This document shows positions 39,212 to 47,062 of a DNA stretch of 64,000 nt, in pieces. The notes under the pieces were generated by a model, which saw nothing but the letters and a program-made list of their open reading frames with translations, searched no databases and was not told where the DNA came from. Origin of the DNA: Candidatus Acidiferrum typicum (GTDB taxonomy: Bacteria > Acidobacteriota > Terriglobia > Acidiferrales > UBA7541); NCBI GenBank assembly GCA_025463055.1, contig JAOAPV010000040.1, forward strand, positions 15,091 through 79,090, in the 5' to 3' direction. The position numbers and the translations under genes are program-made. How positions within the stretch are numbered: the first letter of the stretch is position 1; every line of letters begins with the position of its first letter.

Positions 39212-39978
39212 GCTGGCAAGAAAAGACCGCACTCATTATTGGCCGGGCCTCCCCCGAGCCCAGTAAAACGCACGTCGAGACTGTTTGTACAGGCGGAATC
39301 ACAGAAAACGGGGAAGTGCTAAGGCTCTATCCGATTCCGCTGCGCTATCTGGAAAGAGAAAAGCGCTACAAACTGTGGACGTGGGCAAAATTCGACGTCC
39401 AGAAAAATCCGTCAGACAAACGAAAGGAGAGCTATAGAGTTCGTGACGACTCAATCCGTGTGCTGGCGGAAATAGAAAATCCTGCAGAGAAATTCTCGAT
39501 GCTGGAAAAGGCCATTTTCAAAGACAGAGAGACGCTAGACGAGCAATATCATAAGGACTGGACGAGCATCGGTGTGATTGAGATCGAATTCCTGGACTTT
39601 TATGTGGAGACTAGAGAAAAGGATTGGGAGCGGGACAAACCTTATATCAGGCAGTTCCTCCTGTACACCGAACGCAAAGCCTTAGAGCAGCTACCATTTG
39701 AAATGAGGTTGAAGTTCCGATGTAAAAACAATCCAAGCTGCAAAACTCACGATTCCTCACTCATCGGGTGGCAGTACATGGAGGCGTTTCGCAAATTCAG
39801 GCAAAAGTACGGTTCCGGCGATGGGGGCTTCATGGCTCTCGACCAGAAATTACGGTCATTTTTCAATGATCCGAACAAGAGAGCATTTGTCCTGATGGGA
39901 ACCCACTTTAAGTATGGCTCGTGGATGGTCGCGGAAATCTACTTCTTTGATAAAAATCTTCCTCGAAGGCTATTTTGA
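39187..39978 (+). CDS. uncharacterised 263-aa protein (island gene 2)
   Basis: ATG overlaps the DUF488 gene by 25 nt. Features: ..VETVCTGGITENGEVLRLYPIPLRYL.., the Cys/His cluster FRCKNNPSCKTHD, and a C-terminal ..GTHFKYGSWMVAEIYFF. No family recognised. Confidence 0.65.
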   Translation: MAANPPEIGWQEKTALIIGRASPEPSKTHVETVCTGGITENGEVLRLYPIPLRYLEREKRYKLWTWAKFDVQKNPSDKRKESYRVRDDSIRVLAEIENPAEKFSMLEKAIFKDRETLDEQYHKDWTSIGVIEIEFLDFYVETREKDWERDKPYIRQFLLYTERKALEQLPFEMRLKFRCKNNPSCKTHDSSLIGWQYMEAFRKFRQKYGSGDGGFMALDQKLRSFFNDPNKRAFVLMGTHFKYGSWMVAEIYFFDKNLPRRLF

Positions 39979-40064
39979 CAAGATAGAACAGCGCTGATGG
40001 CAAACGTCAGAACTCGCCTACTCCTTTTTCTCAGCTCCTATTTTCCCTGTGTCTTATTTTCTTC

Positions 40065-40514
40065 GTGCTGTTTGTCACGACGCATCGTCGACTTGCGACC
40101 ATCGCGCTTGCGGTCGGCGTTCTGGGCTTGGTTGGTTTGGCCGTTTACCTACGCTCAGTCAATCGGCTGGAACCTATCCTAGTGAAGGCATCTCTTGTCG
40201 AGCGTCACGATGCCGAAGCCATGGCATACATCGTCACCTACGTAATTCCCTTTCTGTCTATTCCGTTCAATGGATTACAACAAGGGATTGCCCAGTCTAT
40301 TTTTTTTGTTGTCCTTGGCATTCTCTACGTTAACTCCAACATGATTCACATCAATCCGATGCTGAACTTGGCGGGATACCACTTGTATGGCGTCACCCTC
40401 GAAGACGGCGGAACCCATTCCTTAATCGCGAGGCATCGGATTGTGCGCGGCCAACAAATCCGGGCAATAAAGCTGGCGGACGATATTCTCCTGGAGAAGG
40501 GCGATGAAAACTAA
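40065..40514 (+). CDS. kwaA: small multi-TM protein, KwaA-like by position (island gene 3)
   Basis: GTG start. TM segments: LATIALAVGVLGLVGLAVYL, AMAYIVTYVIPFLSI, IAQSIFFVVLGILYV. Soluble tail. Its 3' end overlaps the DUF4868-like gene by 11 nt. The N-terminus is uncertain (see findings). Confidence 0.5.
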   Translation: MLFVTTHRRLATIALAVGVLGLVGLAVYLRSVNRLEPILVKASLVERHDAEAMAYIVTYVIPFLSIPFNGLQQGIAQSIFFVVLGILYVNSNMIHINPMLNLAGYHLYGVTLEDGGTHSLIARHRIVRGQQIRAIKLADDILLEKGDEN

Positions 40515-41490
40515 GAAGTCGGCCCAGAAACAGCCGAAGGAGATTTTTGCCGAAATACTAGCTTCGGACCTAGACAAAAGTGCTTTGACAGTTTGTGTTG
40601 CATCAACGGGCAAAGCAGGTGTCGAGCCGAGTTTTCAAAAGCTCCAGTTGTCGACCGAACTTGCCGAAGAGTTTAGGTCCGTCGTGCAGTCAAGCCTAAC
40701 CAAGTATCTCGAGAAGTCGGCGGATGGCGATCTAAAGGTCTACCAATATGATGCTGGCAGTAAAGCTGATTCGCACGAAATCGAATATCTCGACCTAACA
40801 AAGCATGACGAAATCGGCAAACAATTTGCTCCCCTTTCCTCGCTAGCAGACGTCCTCCTCTTTACGGCTCAAGATGAGTTTGTTTCAGGGCTCCGCTTCT
40901 ACGTAATTATCGTGCAGCCCCAGCAAGGTTCCCCTATTTACTGCTTCCGTTCGTACACACCCAAAAAAAAATTGCGACGGTCGCCTCTTTTCGCAGCAAT
41001 CTTTGAAGATGGCACGTTTGATCGAATAGCGGAGCCCACCTTCCTGTTCGATAACCGAATCCATTGCATGGCTCATGGCACGTTTATGTTTGTCTTCAAC
41101 AAAGACAGCTTTCATAAGATCTTCCGTTTCTTTGATATGGTCCTAAAAACGGCTGAGAAAACACTCGAAAGTATAGGGAGTCGCGTTCCCATCGACAACT
41201 TTGAAGAATTCAGCGAGGCCTGCAAAGGACATTACCAGATGCAAGCAAAGCTGAAGAACATTGCAAATAAGCCCTATCTGAAGAATTTAACTATGGATGC
41301 GGTGAAAAAGGTCTTGGCCGAGTTGCCCCATCTGGGCGTTGAAATCATTATAAAAAACGGGGAGGAAATGCTCGTTTTCAACCCTAAGGATAAATGGGCT
41401 TTCCTCAGGCTCTTGGATGACGACTACCTCAAATCCTTAATGACCGGTGAGAACTATGAAGTCTCTGGTAAACGACCATACGAAGCTTAG
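40504..41490 (+). CDS. kwaB: DUF4868-like protein, candidate Kiwa KwaB (island gene 4)
   Basis: 328 aa. Its length and sequence flow are as I recall for DUF4868/KwaB: central ..GLRFYVIIVQPQQGSPIYCFRSY.., ..FLFDNRIHCMAHGTFMFVFNKDSFHKIF.., C-terminal ..LRLLDDDYLKSLMTGENYEV. This is recognition from memory, not a profile search. Confidence 0.6.
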   Translation: MKTKKSAQKQPKEIFAEILASDLDKSALTVCVASTGKAGVEPSFQKLQLSTELAEEFRSVVQSSLTKYLEKSADGDLKVYQYDAGSKADSHEIEYLDLTKHDEIGKQFAPLSSLADVLLFTAQDEFVSGLRFYVIIVQPQQGSPIYCFRSYTPKKKLRRSPLFAAIFEDGTFDRIAEPTFLFDNRIHCMAHGTFMFVFNKDSFHKIFRFFDMVLKTAEKTLESIGSRVPIDNFEEFSEACKGHYQMQAKLKNIANKPYLKNLTMDAVKKVLAELPHLGVEIIIKNGEEMLVFNPKDKWAFLRLLDDDYLKSLMTGENYEVSGKRPYEA

Positions 41491-41539
41491 GCAGGAAAGA
41501 GCCGACCAAAGGACGAGCGATGCGGGCCGGGAGGGCACA

Positions 41540-41857
41540 ATGCTGGATGGGGCGTTGACAGCCGAATTTGACCAAGCGATGTTCAGCATCTATCAGAGGG
41601 CCCTGCTGGAAGCGAACTATAAGGCCACGCGCTTTCTACATATGCTGCACGAACATGGCGGTCTTCAGACAGCAATAATCCTGATACGTTCGCCCAATAT
41701 CTCGGAGGGCTACGCTGCACTCTGGGAGCGCCGACGACTGGACCTAACCGTGGAAGCCGTCATTTACGACAACCCCAAGTGGCATCAGTTATTTGACAAG
41801 AACGACCTCGCAATCTGCGCCAAGCGGCTCAAGGCGTATGATTACCCCGGTGCTTGA
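41540..41857 (+). CDS. small helical hypothetical protein (island gene 5)
   Basis: ATG 41540 with GGGAGGG SD. MLDGALTAEFDQAMFSIYQRALLEANYKATRFLHMLHEHGGLQTA...RLDLTVEAVI... An upstream ATG at 41447/41456 overlapping kwaB is an alternative start. Confidence 0.5.
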   Translation: MLDGALTAEFDQAMFSIYQRALLEANYKATRFLHMLHEHGGLQTAIILIRSPNISEGYAALWERRRLDLTVEAVIYDNPKWHQLFDKNDLAICAKRLKAYDYPGA

Positions 41858-41865
41858 TTTCTCAC

Positions 41866-41894
41866 TTGACAAATAGTAACGGATGCGGTAATCT
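41866..41894 (+). promoter_or_regulatory. consensus-like promoter at the right edge of the island
   Basis: TTGACA (41866-71), a 17-nt spacer, then TAATCT (41889-94). It faces a ~750-bp non-coding stretch before the next gene. Confidence 0.4.
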
Positions 41895-41981
41895 TTAACT
41901 TAGGTTCTGCTGACAGTGTCCCCGTTTCGTCCCTTCTTCTTTCAGCCACCCGTACTGCACCCCGACAACGATCGATTTTTT

Positions 41982-42037
41982 ACTCCTTTGTTTTCAATAT
42001 CTTCTGAGTTGCTATTTTCGCAACTCCTTTGTTTTCA
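41982..42037. repeat. 15-bp direct repeat ACTCCTTTGTTTTCA x2 (41-bp period), member of a dispersed intergenic motif
   Basis: Copies at 41982-96 and 42023-37. A related AGTCCTTTGTTTTGA lies at 8276-8290 in another intergenic region. Confidence 0.8.
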
Positions 42038-42640
42038 CAACCATCTGCGTTGCCCCCTAGTGTGCGCGCACGCTCAGCGAGTATCGACCCGTAACCCGCT
42101 AAGTCCTTTACCTCTTACTACATCCCTGCAAACCCAGCAGCTTCATGCGATTACGCACTCTTTTGCACAACGGCACCGAGCTATCCCTCCCGTTTTCAAT
42201 CGGTTCCGCACTCTTTCTATCGCAACAGGGGTGTACCCCCCCCCAGGGCGACCACTGGCTTACCAGTTTTCGTTTCCGCGTCAGAACGAGACGTTCAGGC
42301 ATTCAAGCACTCAGCATTCCGACTCTTCCCGATCCGAAGGAGGTGACCGAAACAACACAAAGCCGCTTGCTACAGCAAACACCTGTGGCGCTCTACACTT
42401 TTCAGGTTATCGAGTACTAGTCGCCTGCCTGCTAGAGTGCCTCATCCTCGTTGCGACCCGCAGCATCTAAGGACATGCGGACGCCGCCTGGATGAGATTA
42501 CGGGGTGTTTTTCACAACCCAGCGGCTTGATTCTCCTGTTCCCGGCGCCAGAGAAATCGTACCTGCTGTTTCCCGCGCCACTTCCTCTGCAAGAGCCCTT
42601 GGGTAGTCACCACGAAGTCTCCCCTCCCAAGGAGCTTGCA

Positions 42641-44332
42641 ATGAACCGAACGGGCCGTTTTCGCAGTGTATGTGTAAGCGTCTATGCAGCAGCCGCGCTT
42701 CTTGTTGCATCCGGAGCGCACGCACAGCAGCACGTCGCACCGGCTGCAGTCGCTCCGCGGAAGGCCGCGCTAAAGAAATTCGTCGACGCCACAAACCAGC
42801 TTTCTCCCGAAGTGAGAAAGCATCTATCGCACGGCCTGCAAACCTATCTGCACTACGCCAACGCCGTAGTGAACGGCACCGCAACGAAGCCAATTGCTGA
42901 CGCAGCGCACAAGACGCCGTGGGCCAGCGGCGCAAGTTTTGCCGGCGGCGCAATCGCCGTATCGAATCCAGCGCTTGATCCGTCAAGCCAGGGCTACACG
43001 CAGAACACCACCTCGAGCGCCTGGTGCGGCAACAGCATCGTGGTCGGCTATCAAGATACCGGCGCATTTCTTCGCACCGACCCAAACGCGGCCTTTGGAG
43101 TTCCAAACAGTTTCGATGGGATTTCGTATTCTGCGGACGCCGGCAAGAACTTTAAGGACCTGGGAGCGCTGACCCCCGGAACTTTCTCGGCGAACGCGCT
43201 GATCGGTGACCCCATCGTCACGTGCTCCAGCCCGGCGCATTTCCAATACGCGTCGATCTTGAACACCATGGCGTCCGACGGCATCACGCCGCTCATCGGC
43301 CCGTCCGTCTCGTTTTCAACCGACGGCGGAAAGACGTGGAGCGAGCCGCTGCAAGTCGTTTCGCTCGATGGCAGCACCGAAGTGGCGGACAATCCATCGC
43401 TGGCAGTTGACCCGGCGAACCCGCGCCACATGTATTTGACGTATACGCATGCCTCGGCCTTGGCCTGCACCAACGTCGAGATGGTGCGCTCAACCGACGG
43501 CGGAAAGACGTGGAGCGCTCCGGCGGCGATTAATTCGGACTGCAACAATCCGAATATTCTGATGAACACAGGCTCCAGCCTTGTCGTTTCTCCGGGCGGC
43601 AAAATCTATGTGGCGTACGAATCCTTTCCAGTTCCGCCGGCCGGCACCAGTTTCGGCAAGACCGCAATTTTTTTCGTGCGCTCGCTGGATGGCGGAGCAA
43701 CGTTCGGCAAGCCGGTGAAGATTTCGGACGTCACGCCCGCTGGCGATGGCGTCTATCTCAATGGTCCGCTGCAAGCCAACGATTATCCGCAGCTCGCGGT
43801 AGATCGCACCAACCATTCATCGCGCGGCACGGTGTACATCACTTGGCCTGACGGCCGCAATCACGTTGTGCCGGAGCGCAATGCGCCGAGCGGGACCTAC
43901 GCGTACGCGGATGTCTTCGTCGCGAAATCAACGAATTTTGGCGCTTCGTTCAAAGTCCTTGGCGCGATCAGCCCGACGCCAAAGGATTTCCGAGGCGTTG
44001 GACGCGATCAATTCCTGCCGGCAATCGCGGTAGACAACGATAGCGAAGTGGCCGTGTGTTATTACGACCGCCGCAATGACCGTGCAAATCTGCGCGTGGA
44101 CCGATTCTGTTCGATCTCCGCGAATCAAGGGAAAACCTGGAAAGACCAGGAAGTTTCCGTCCTAAACTGGCTGCCGACTCCGAACACGGATCCGATCAGC
44201 GGCGGCGCGACTGCTGTGATCAGCGAATATGACGGGCTTACCTCAGAATTTCTGCTTCATGGCGATGGCTTCTTTGGCGCGTTCATAATCGAAATAAGCG
44301 GCAATCAAAACGTAGTAGCCACAAAGTTCTGA
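42641..44332 (+). CDS. secreted BNR/Asp-box repeat protein (sialidase-like beta-propeller)
   Basis: Start at MNRTGRF (ATG 42641, AAGGAG SD) with a signal peptide. Asp-boxes: FSTDGGKTWSEP, RSTDGGKTWSAP, SLDGGATFGKP, SANQGKTWKD. Confidence 0.8.
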   Translation: MNRTGRFRSVCVSVYAAAALLVASGAHAQQHVAPAAVAPRKAALKKFVDATNQLSPEVRKHLSHGLQTYLHYANAVVNGTATKPIADAAHKTPWASGASFAGGAIAVSNPALDPSSQGYTQNTTSSAWCGNSIVVGYQDTGAFLRTDPNAAFGVPNSFDGISYSADAGKNFKDLGALTPGTFSANALIGDPIVTCSSPAHFQYASILNTMASDGITPLIGPSVSFSTDGGKTWSEPLQVVSLDGSTEVADNPSLAVDPANPRHMYLTYTHASALACTNVEMVRSTDGGKTWSAPAAINSDCNNPNILMNTGSSLVVSPGGKIYVAYESFPVPPAGTSFGKTAIFFVRSLDGGATFGKPVKISDVTPAGDGVYLNGPLQANDYPQLAVDRTNHSSRGTVYITWPDGRNHVVPERNAPSGTYAYADVFVAKSTNFGASFKVLGAISPTPKDFRGVGRDQFLPAIAVDNDSEVAVCYYDRRNDRANLRVDRFCSISANQGKTWKDQEVSVLNWLPTPNTDPISGGATAVISEYDGLTSEFLLHGDGFFGAFIIEISGNQNVVATKF

Positions 44333-44461
44333 CGCGCGCCCTACGGCTTCGCTTCGGGCCGTTTTTGGCAGGACAGAGCCGCTGAATTCTCTGGAAGACA
44401 CGGAAAAGAAGAAATTTAGCTCTGTTGTATCGAAAGCACCCAGAGCCGCATCACATCTCCT

Positions 44462-44815
44462 GTGGACGTGGATCTACAGGAGGCGAATCCAATGGAACGG
44501 CAATACCCGGAAGTTGTCGGCGTGCGCCGCACCGGTTGGGCGGCTCTGGACCGCGATCCGCAGGAGGACAGGGTCGAGTACGTCTGTCCCCACTGCGGGA
44601 AACGGGGACAGAAGAATGCCCGCCGCGAGCGGACGCAATATCATTTCACGGATGGTTTTTTGCAAGATTTGCAGGGCGAGGTAACGAATTGCCGCGCTTG
44701 CGGGCAATCCTTGCGCGTGGTGCCCATAGTAATGTTGCACGATCAGGACGAAACCCGGCGATTCGAAGCGGTCTTCTCAGACGAGCTCGAAATCGCGCAC
44801 AAGCCCGCGGCCTGA
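44462..44815 (+). CDS. hypothetical zinc-ribbon protein
   Basis: CPHCG...CRACG (a four-Cys ribbon). The start could be MERQYPEV at 44492. Confidence 0.45.
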   Translation: MDVDLQEANPMERQYPEVVGVRRTGWAALDRDPQEDRVEYVCPHCGKRGQKNARRERTQYHFTDGFLQDLQGEVTNCRACGQSLRVVPIVMLHDQDETRRFEAVFSDELEIAHKPAA

Positions 44816-44910
44816 TCAGCTTTACGCTATCTGACGGTTTTTTACTGCGAAGCCCGCCTTAGCTGGTTACTCGCAAGCTAGAAATATTTGCGAACAGGAA
44901 TGTGCCGAAA

Positions 44911-44950
44911 AGAAGAGGCCGGGTTTTTTACCCGGCCTCTTTTCATTTTC
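44911..44950. terminator. bidirectional rho-independent terminator between convergent genes
   Basis: Stem AAGAGGCCGGG, loop ttttta, stem CCCGGCCTCTT (11 bp), with T-runs on both strands. Confidence 0.85.
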
Positions 44951-44988
44951 AGTTACCCAAGAAGCGCTTAGACAGGAAAGCGCTTAAT

Positions 44989-45465
44989 TTAGTCGTCGTC
45001 CCTGTCGCGATGACGACGCCGATCGCGGTCATAATCACGATATCGGCGGTTACGGTCGCTGTCGTTTCGATAATAGTAATTGCCGCGCTCGTCGCGATAG
45101 TAGCCGTTCTGGTCGCGGTAATATCCGTTCTGGTCGCGGTAATATCCATTGTCATCGCGTGAATAGCCGTTGCCATAGCAACGTTCATAGGCTTCGCGGC
45201 GTTCCTCACGCCAGTGATTAGCCTGGCGGCTGTTATAGCCATGATCCTCTATGGCTTCACCCAGCTCGTGTTCTGTTTTTGCAATGAGCCGCTGGCAATC
45301 GTCACGACCAGCAGCTTGTACGCTGGGAGGTGCCGCAAAGAAAAGGAAACCACTCAGCGCCGCGGTTGCGAACGCCACTTTACCGAACATAGGGCTAGAG
45401 AATGGGGCCTTACCGAACATAGTCGTAACAAAAGGGGATTTCCTCAGAAACGTATGCAGTTGCAT
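44989..45465 (-). CDS. secreted protein with two-Cys helical core and NGYYRDQ-repeat, R/D/Y-rich tail (paralog 1)
   Basis: AAGGAGG SD. Hydrophobic signal ..AFATAALSGFLFFAAPPSVQA. Core DDCQRLIAKTEHELGEAIEDHGYNSRQANHWREERREAYERCYG. Tail ..NGYYRDQNGYYRDQNGYYRDERGNYYYRNDSDRNRRYRDYDRDRRRHRDRDDD. Confidence 0.65.
   Translation of the reverse strand: MQLHTFLRKSPFVTTMFGKAPFSSPMFGKVAFATAALSGFLFFAAPPSVQAAGRDDCQRLIAKTEHELGEAIEDHGYNSRQANHWREERREAYERCYGNGYSRDDNGYYRDQNGYYRDQNGYYRDERGNYYYRNDSDRNRRYRDYDRDRRRHRDRDDD
45104..45145. repeat. 21-bp tandem repeat x2 (plus degenerate flanking copies) encoding NGYYRDQ
   Basis: CCGTTCTGGTCGCGGTAATAT at 45104-24 and 45125-45. Confidence 0.9.
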
Positions 45466-45615
45466 ACATCCTCCTTGGGCGCCTCCCTGGTGCTGGTTGG
45501 GGTTTTTGCGTCCTTACAGAAGAAACCCGTGGGCACGGAAAATGTCGCGGCGAGATAAAACTTAAGCAAGGCAAGAGGGTAGGGAAGCCGACGAGTAGTT
45601 TCGAAAGAGTAAGCG

Positions 45616-45655
45616 CTAAATGAAAAGAGGCGCAGTGCTCACGCTGCTTCGCCTC
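45616..45655 (-). terminator. imperfect hairpin plus T-run after paralog 2
   Basis: GAGGCGCAG-tgctcacg-CTGC(ttc)GCCTC. On the minus strand it is followed by TTTTCATTT. Confidence 0.4.
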
Positions 45656-45689
45656 GAAAACCTTGACACTGCGAGAAGGATCGCTTGGG

Positions 45690-46052
45690 CTAGCGTGGCG
45701 GGCGATCGCGGTCACGATCTCGATCGTAGCGATCGTGATCGTGGTCATCCCAGTCGCGCTCGGAGCGCCACCGATGGCCGTCTTCGTCCCACCAACGATG
45801 ACTGTGGCCCCAGCAATATTCGCGCGCTTGGCGTAGTTGATGGCGAGCGTTATCCGCCTGGCGACTCTCGCGTCCGTGATGCTCGATGGCTTCATGAAGC
45901 CGATGATCCGCTTTCGAAATTCGCTTTTGGCAATCGTCGCCATCGGCCCGCAAAGTTGGGGCACCGGTGAAGAGCAAAAATCCCACCAACGCCGCACCGG
46001 CCAACGTTACTTTTCCGGCACCAAACATTCTCGACTGAAATTTTGTCTGCAT
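45690..46052 (-). CDS. secreted protein with two-Cys helical core and R/D/H/W-rich tail (paralog 2)
   Basis: Start MQTKFQSRMFG (ATG 46052, GAGGAGA SD). Core DDCQKRISKADHRLHEAIEHHGRESRQADNARHQLRQAREYCWG. Tail HSHRWWDEDGHRWRSERDWDDHDHDRYDRDRDRDRPPR. Confidence 0.65.
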   Translation of the reverse strand: MQTKFQSRMFGAGKVTLAGAALVGFLLFTGAPTLRADGDDCQKRISKADHRLHEAIEHHGRESRQADNARHQLRQAREYCWGHSHRWWDEDGHRWRSERDWDDHDHDRYDRDRDRDRPPR

Positions 46053-46192
46053 CCGGTTCTCCTCTAGTTTGAATTGAGACCTAAGCAGGGTTAAAGGAAA
46101 AGTACCACCGCGCGGCACAAGCCTACATACTGAAAGTTCCGCGATAAAGCGAGGGAATGCCTGTATCCGAAAATGCAAGCATGCTGAAAATT

Positions 46193-47062
46193 TTACAGGT
46201 CGGAGGTGAGCTCCATGTGGTATTTCTCGAGACCTTCGCGGATACGACTAAAGGCATCGTCCACCGTATCGGCGAACTGCAGCATTTTGTACTCATCTTG
46301 ATTGATCATGCCCCAGCGCACCATGGCGCGGAAGTTCAGGACTTCATTCCAATACTTGCGGCCGTAAATGATGATGAGGTTGTTGCGCGGCAGCTTGCCG
46401 GTTTGCAACAGCGTGAGCATTTCCCATAGCTCGTCCATGGTGCCGAAGCCGCCAGGAAAAACGATGAGAGCTTTGGCAATCTGCGCGAACCAAAGTTTGC
46501 GCATGAAGAAATAGTGGAAATTAAGGCTGAGCTCGGGGCTGATGTACGCGTTAGCGAACTGCTCGTGAGGCAATTCGATGGAGAGGCCGATGGATTTTCC
46601 GCCGGCTTCGGAGGCCCCGCGATTGGCAGCTTCCATGATTCCCGGACCACCGCCGGAGCAGATGACAAAGCGGCGCGGTCGCGGACCGAGGGTGAGCGCC
46701 CAAGTAGTAATGCGGTGCGAGAGCTCACGGGCTTCCTCGTAGTAACGCGACATTACCAAAGCGCTTTTTGCGTCGCGCAGGGCTTCGCGATGCTTCGCGC
46801 GTTCGGCGCCTTTCAATTTCGAAGTGGGCGTTTTCTTGAGACGCGTGAGGCGACCCTGCGCGGTTTCGTGGGATTCAATGCGGGCGGAACCGAACATCAC
46901 GATAGTGTCGCCGATACCTTCGTTTTTCAATTGCACTAAAGGATGTAAGTATTCAGCTAGGATGCGTATCGGCCTGGCCGCAGTACTTTCCAGGAATTGA
47001 GGATCTTGGTGTGGAGCTTTGGGTGCGTGCTGGGGCTTGAGCTTGAGGTGCCCTGAGGACAT
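46193..47062 (-). CDS. LOG-family (TIGR00730-type) nucleotide 5'-monophosphate nucleosidase-like protein
   Basis: ..VMFGSARI..., ICSGGGPGIMEAANRGA, and the PGGxGTxxE motif in FPGGFGTMDELWE. Confidence 0.85.
   Translation of the reverse strand: MSSGHLKLKPQHAPKAPHQDPQFLESTAARPIRILAEYLHPLVQLKNEGIGDTIVMFGSARIESHETAQGRLTRLKKTPTSKLKGAERAKHREALRDAKSALVMSRYYEEARELSHRITTWALTLGPRPRRFVICSGGGPGIMEAANRGASEAGGKSIGLSIELPHEQFANAYISPELSLNFHYFFMRKLWFAQIAKALIVFPGGFGTMDELWEMLTLLQTGKLPRNNLIIIYGRKYWNEVLNFRAMVRWGMINQDEYKMLQFADTVDDAFSRIREGLEKYHMELTSDL

Noticed and set aside
41916-42470. 184-aa plus-strand ORF right of the island.
   Set aside because: The composition is P/S/T/F/L/H-rich, it has no SD or credible domain, and it runs through dispersed intergenic repeat motifs. 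I treat it as non-coding.
38574-42640. A search for integrase, transposase, tRNA attachment site or direct-repeat att sites bounding the A/T-richer island.
   Set aside because: None were recognised by eye. The island is therefore reported as compositionally distinct, not as a defined mobile element.
44902-45162. 86-aa plus-strand ORF with a VAVVSIIVIAALVAIVAVLVAV repeat that looks like a TM protein.
   Set aside because: It is the antisense reading of the NGYYRDQ/RDR repeat tail of the better-supported minus-strand gene, which has an SD, a signal peptide and a paralog. It also starts inside a terminator hairpin.
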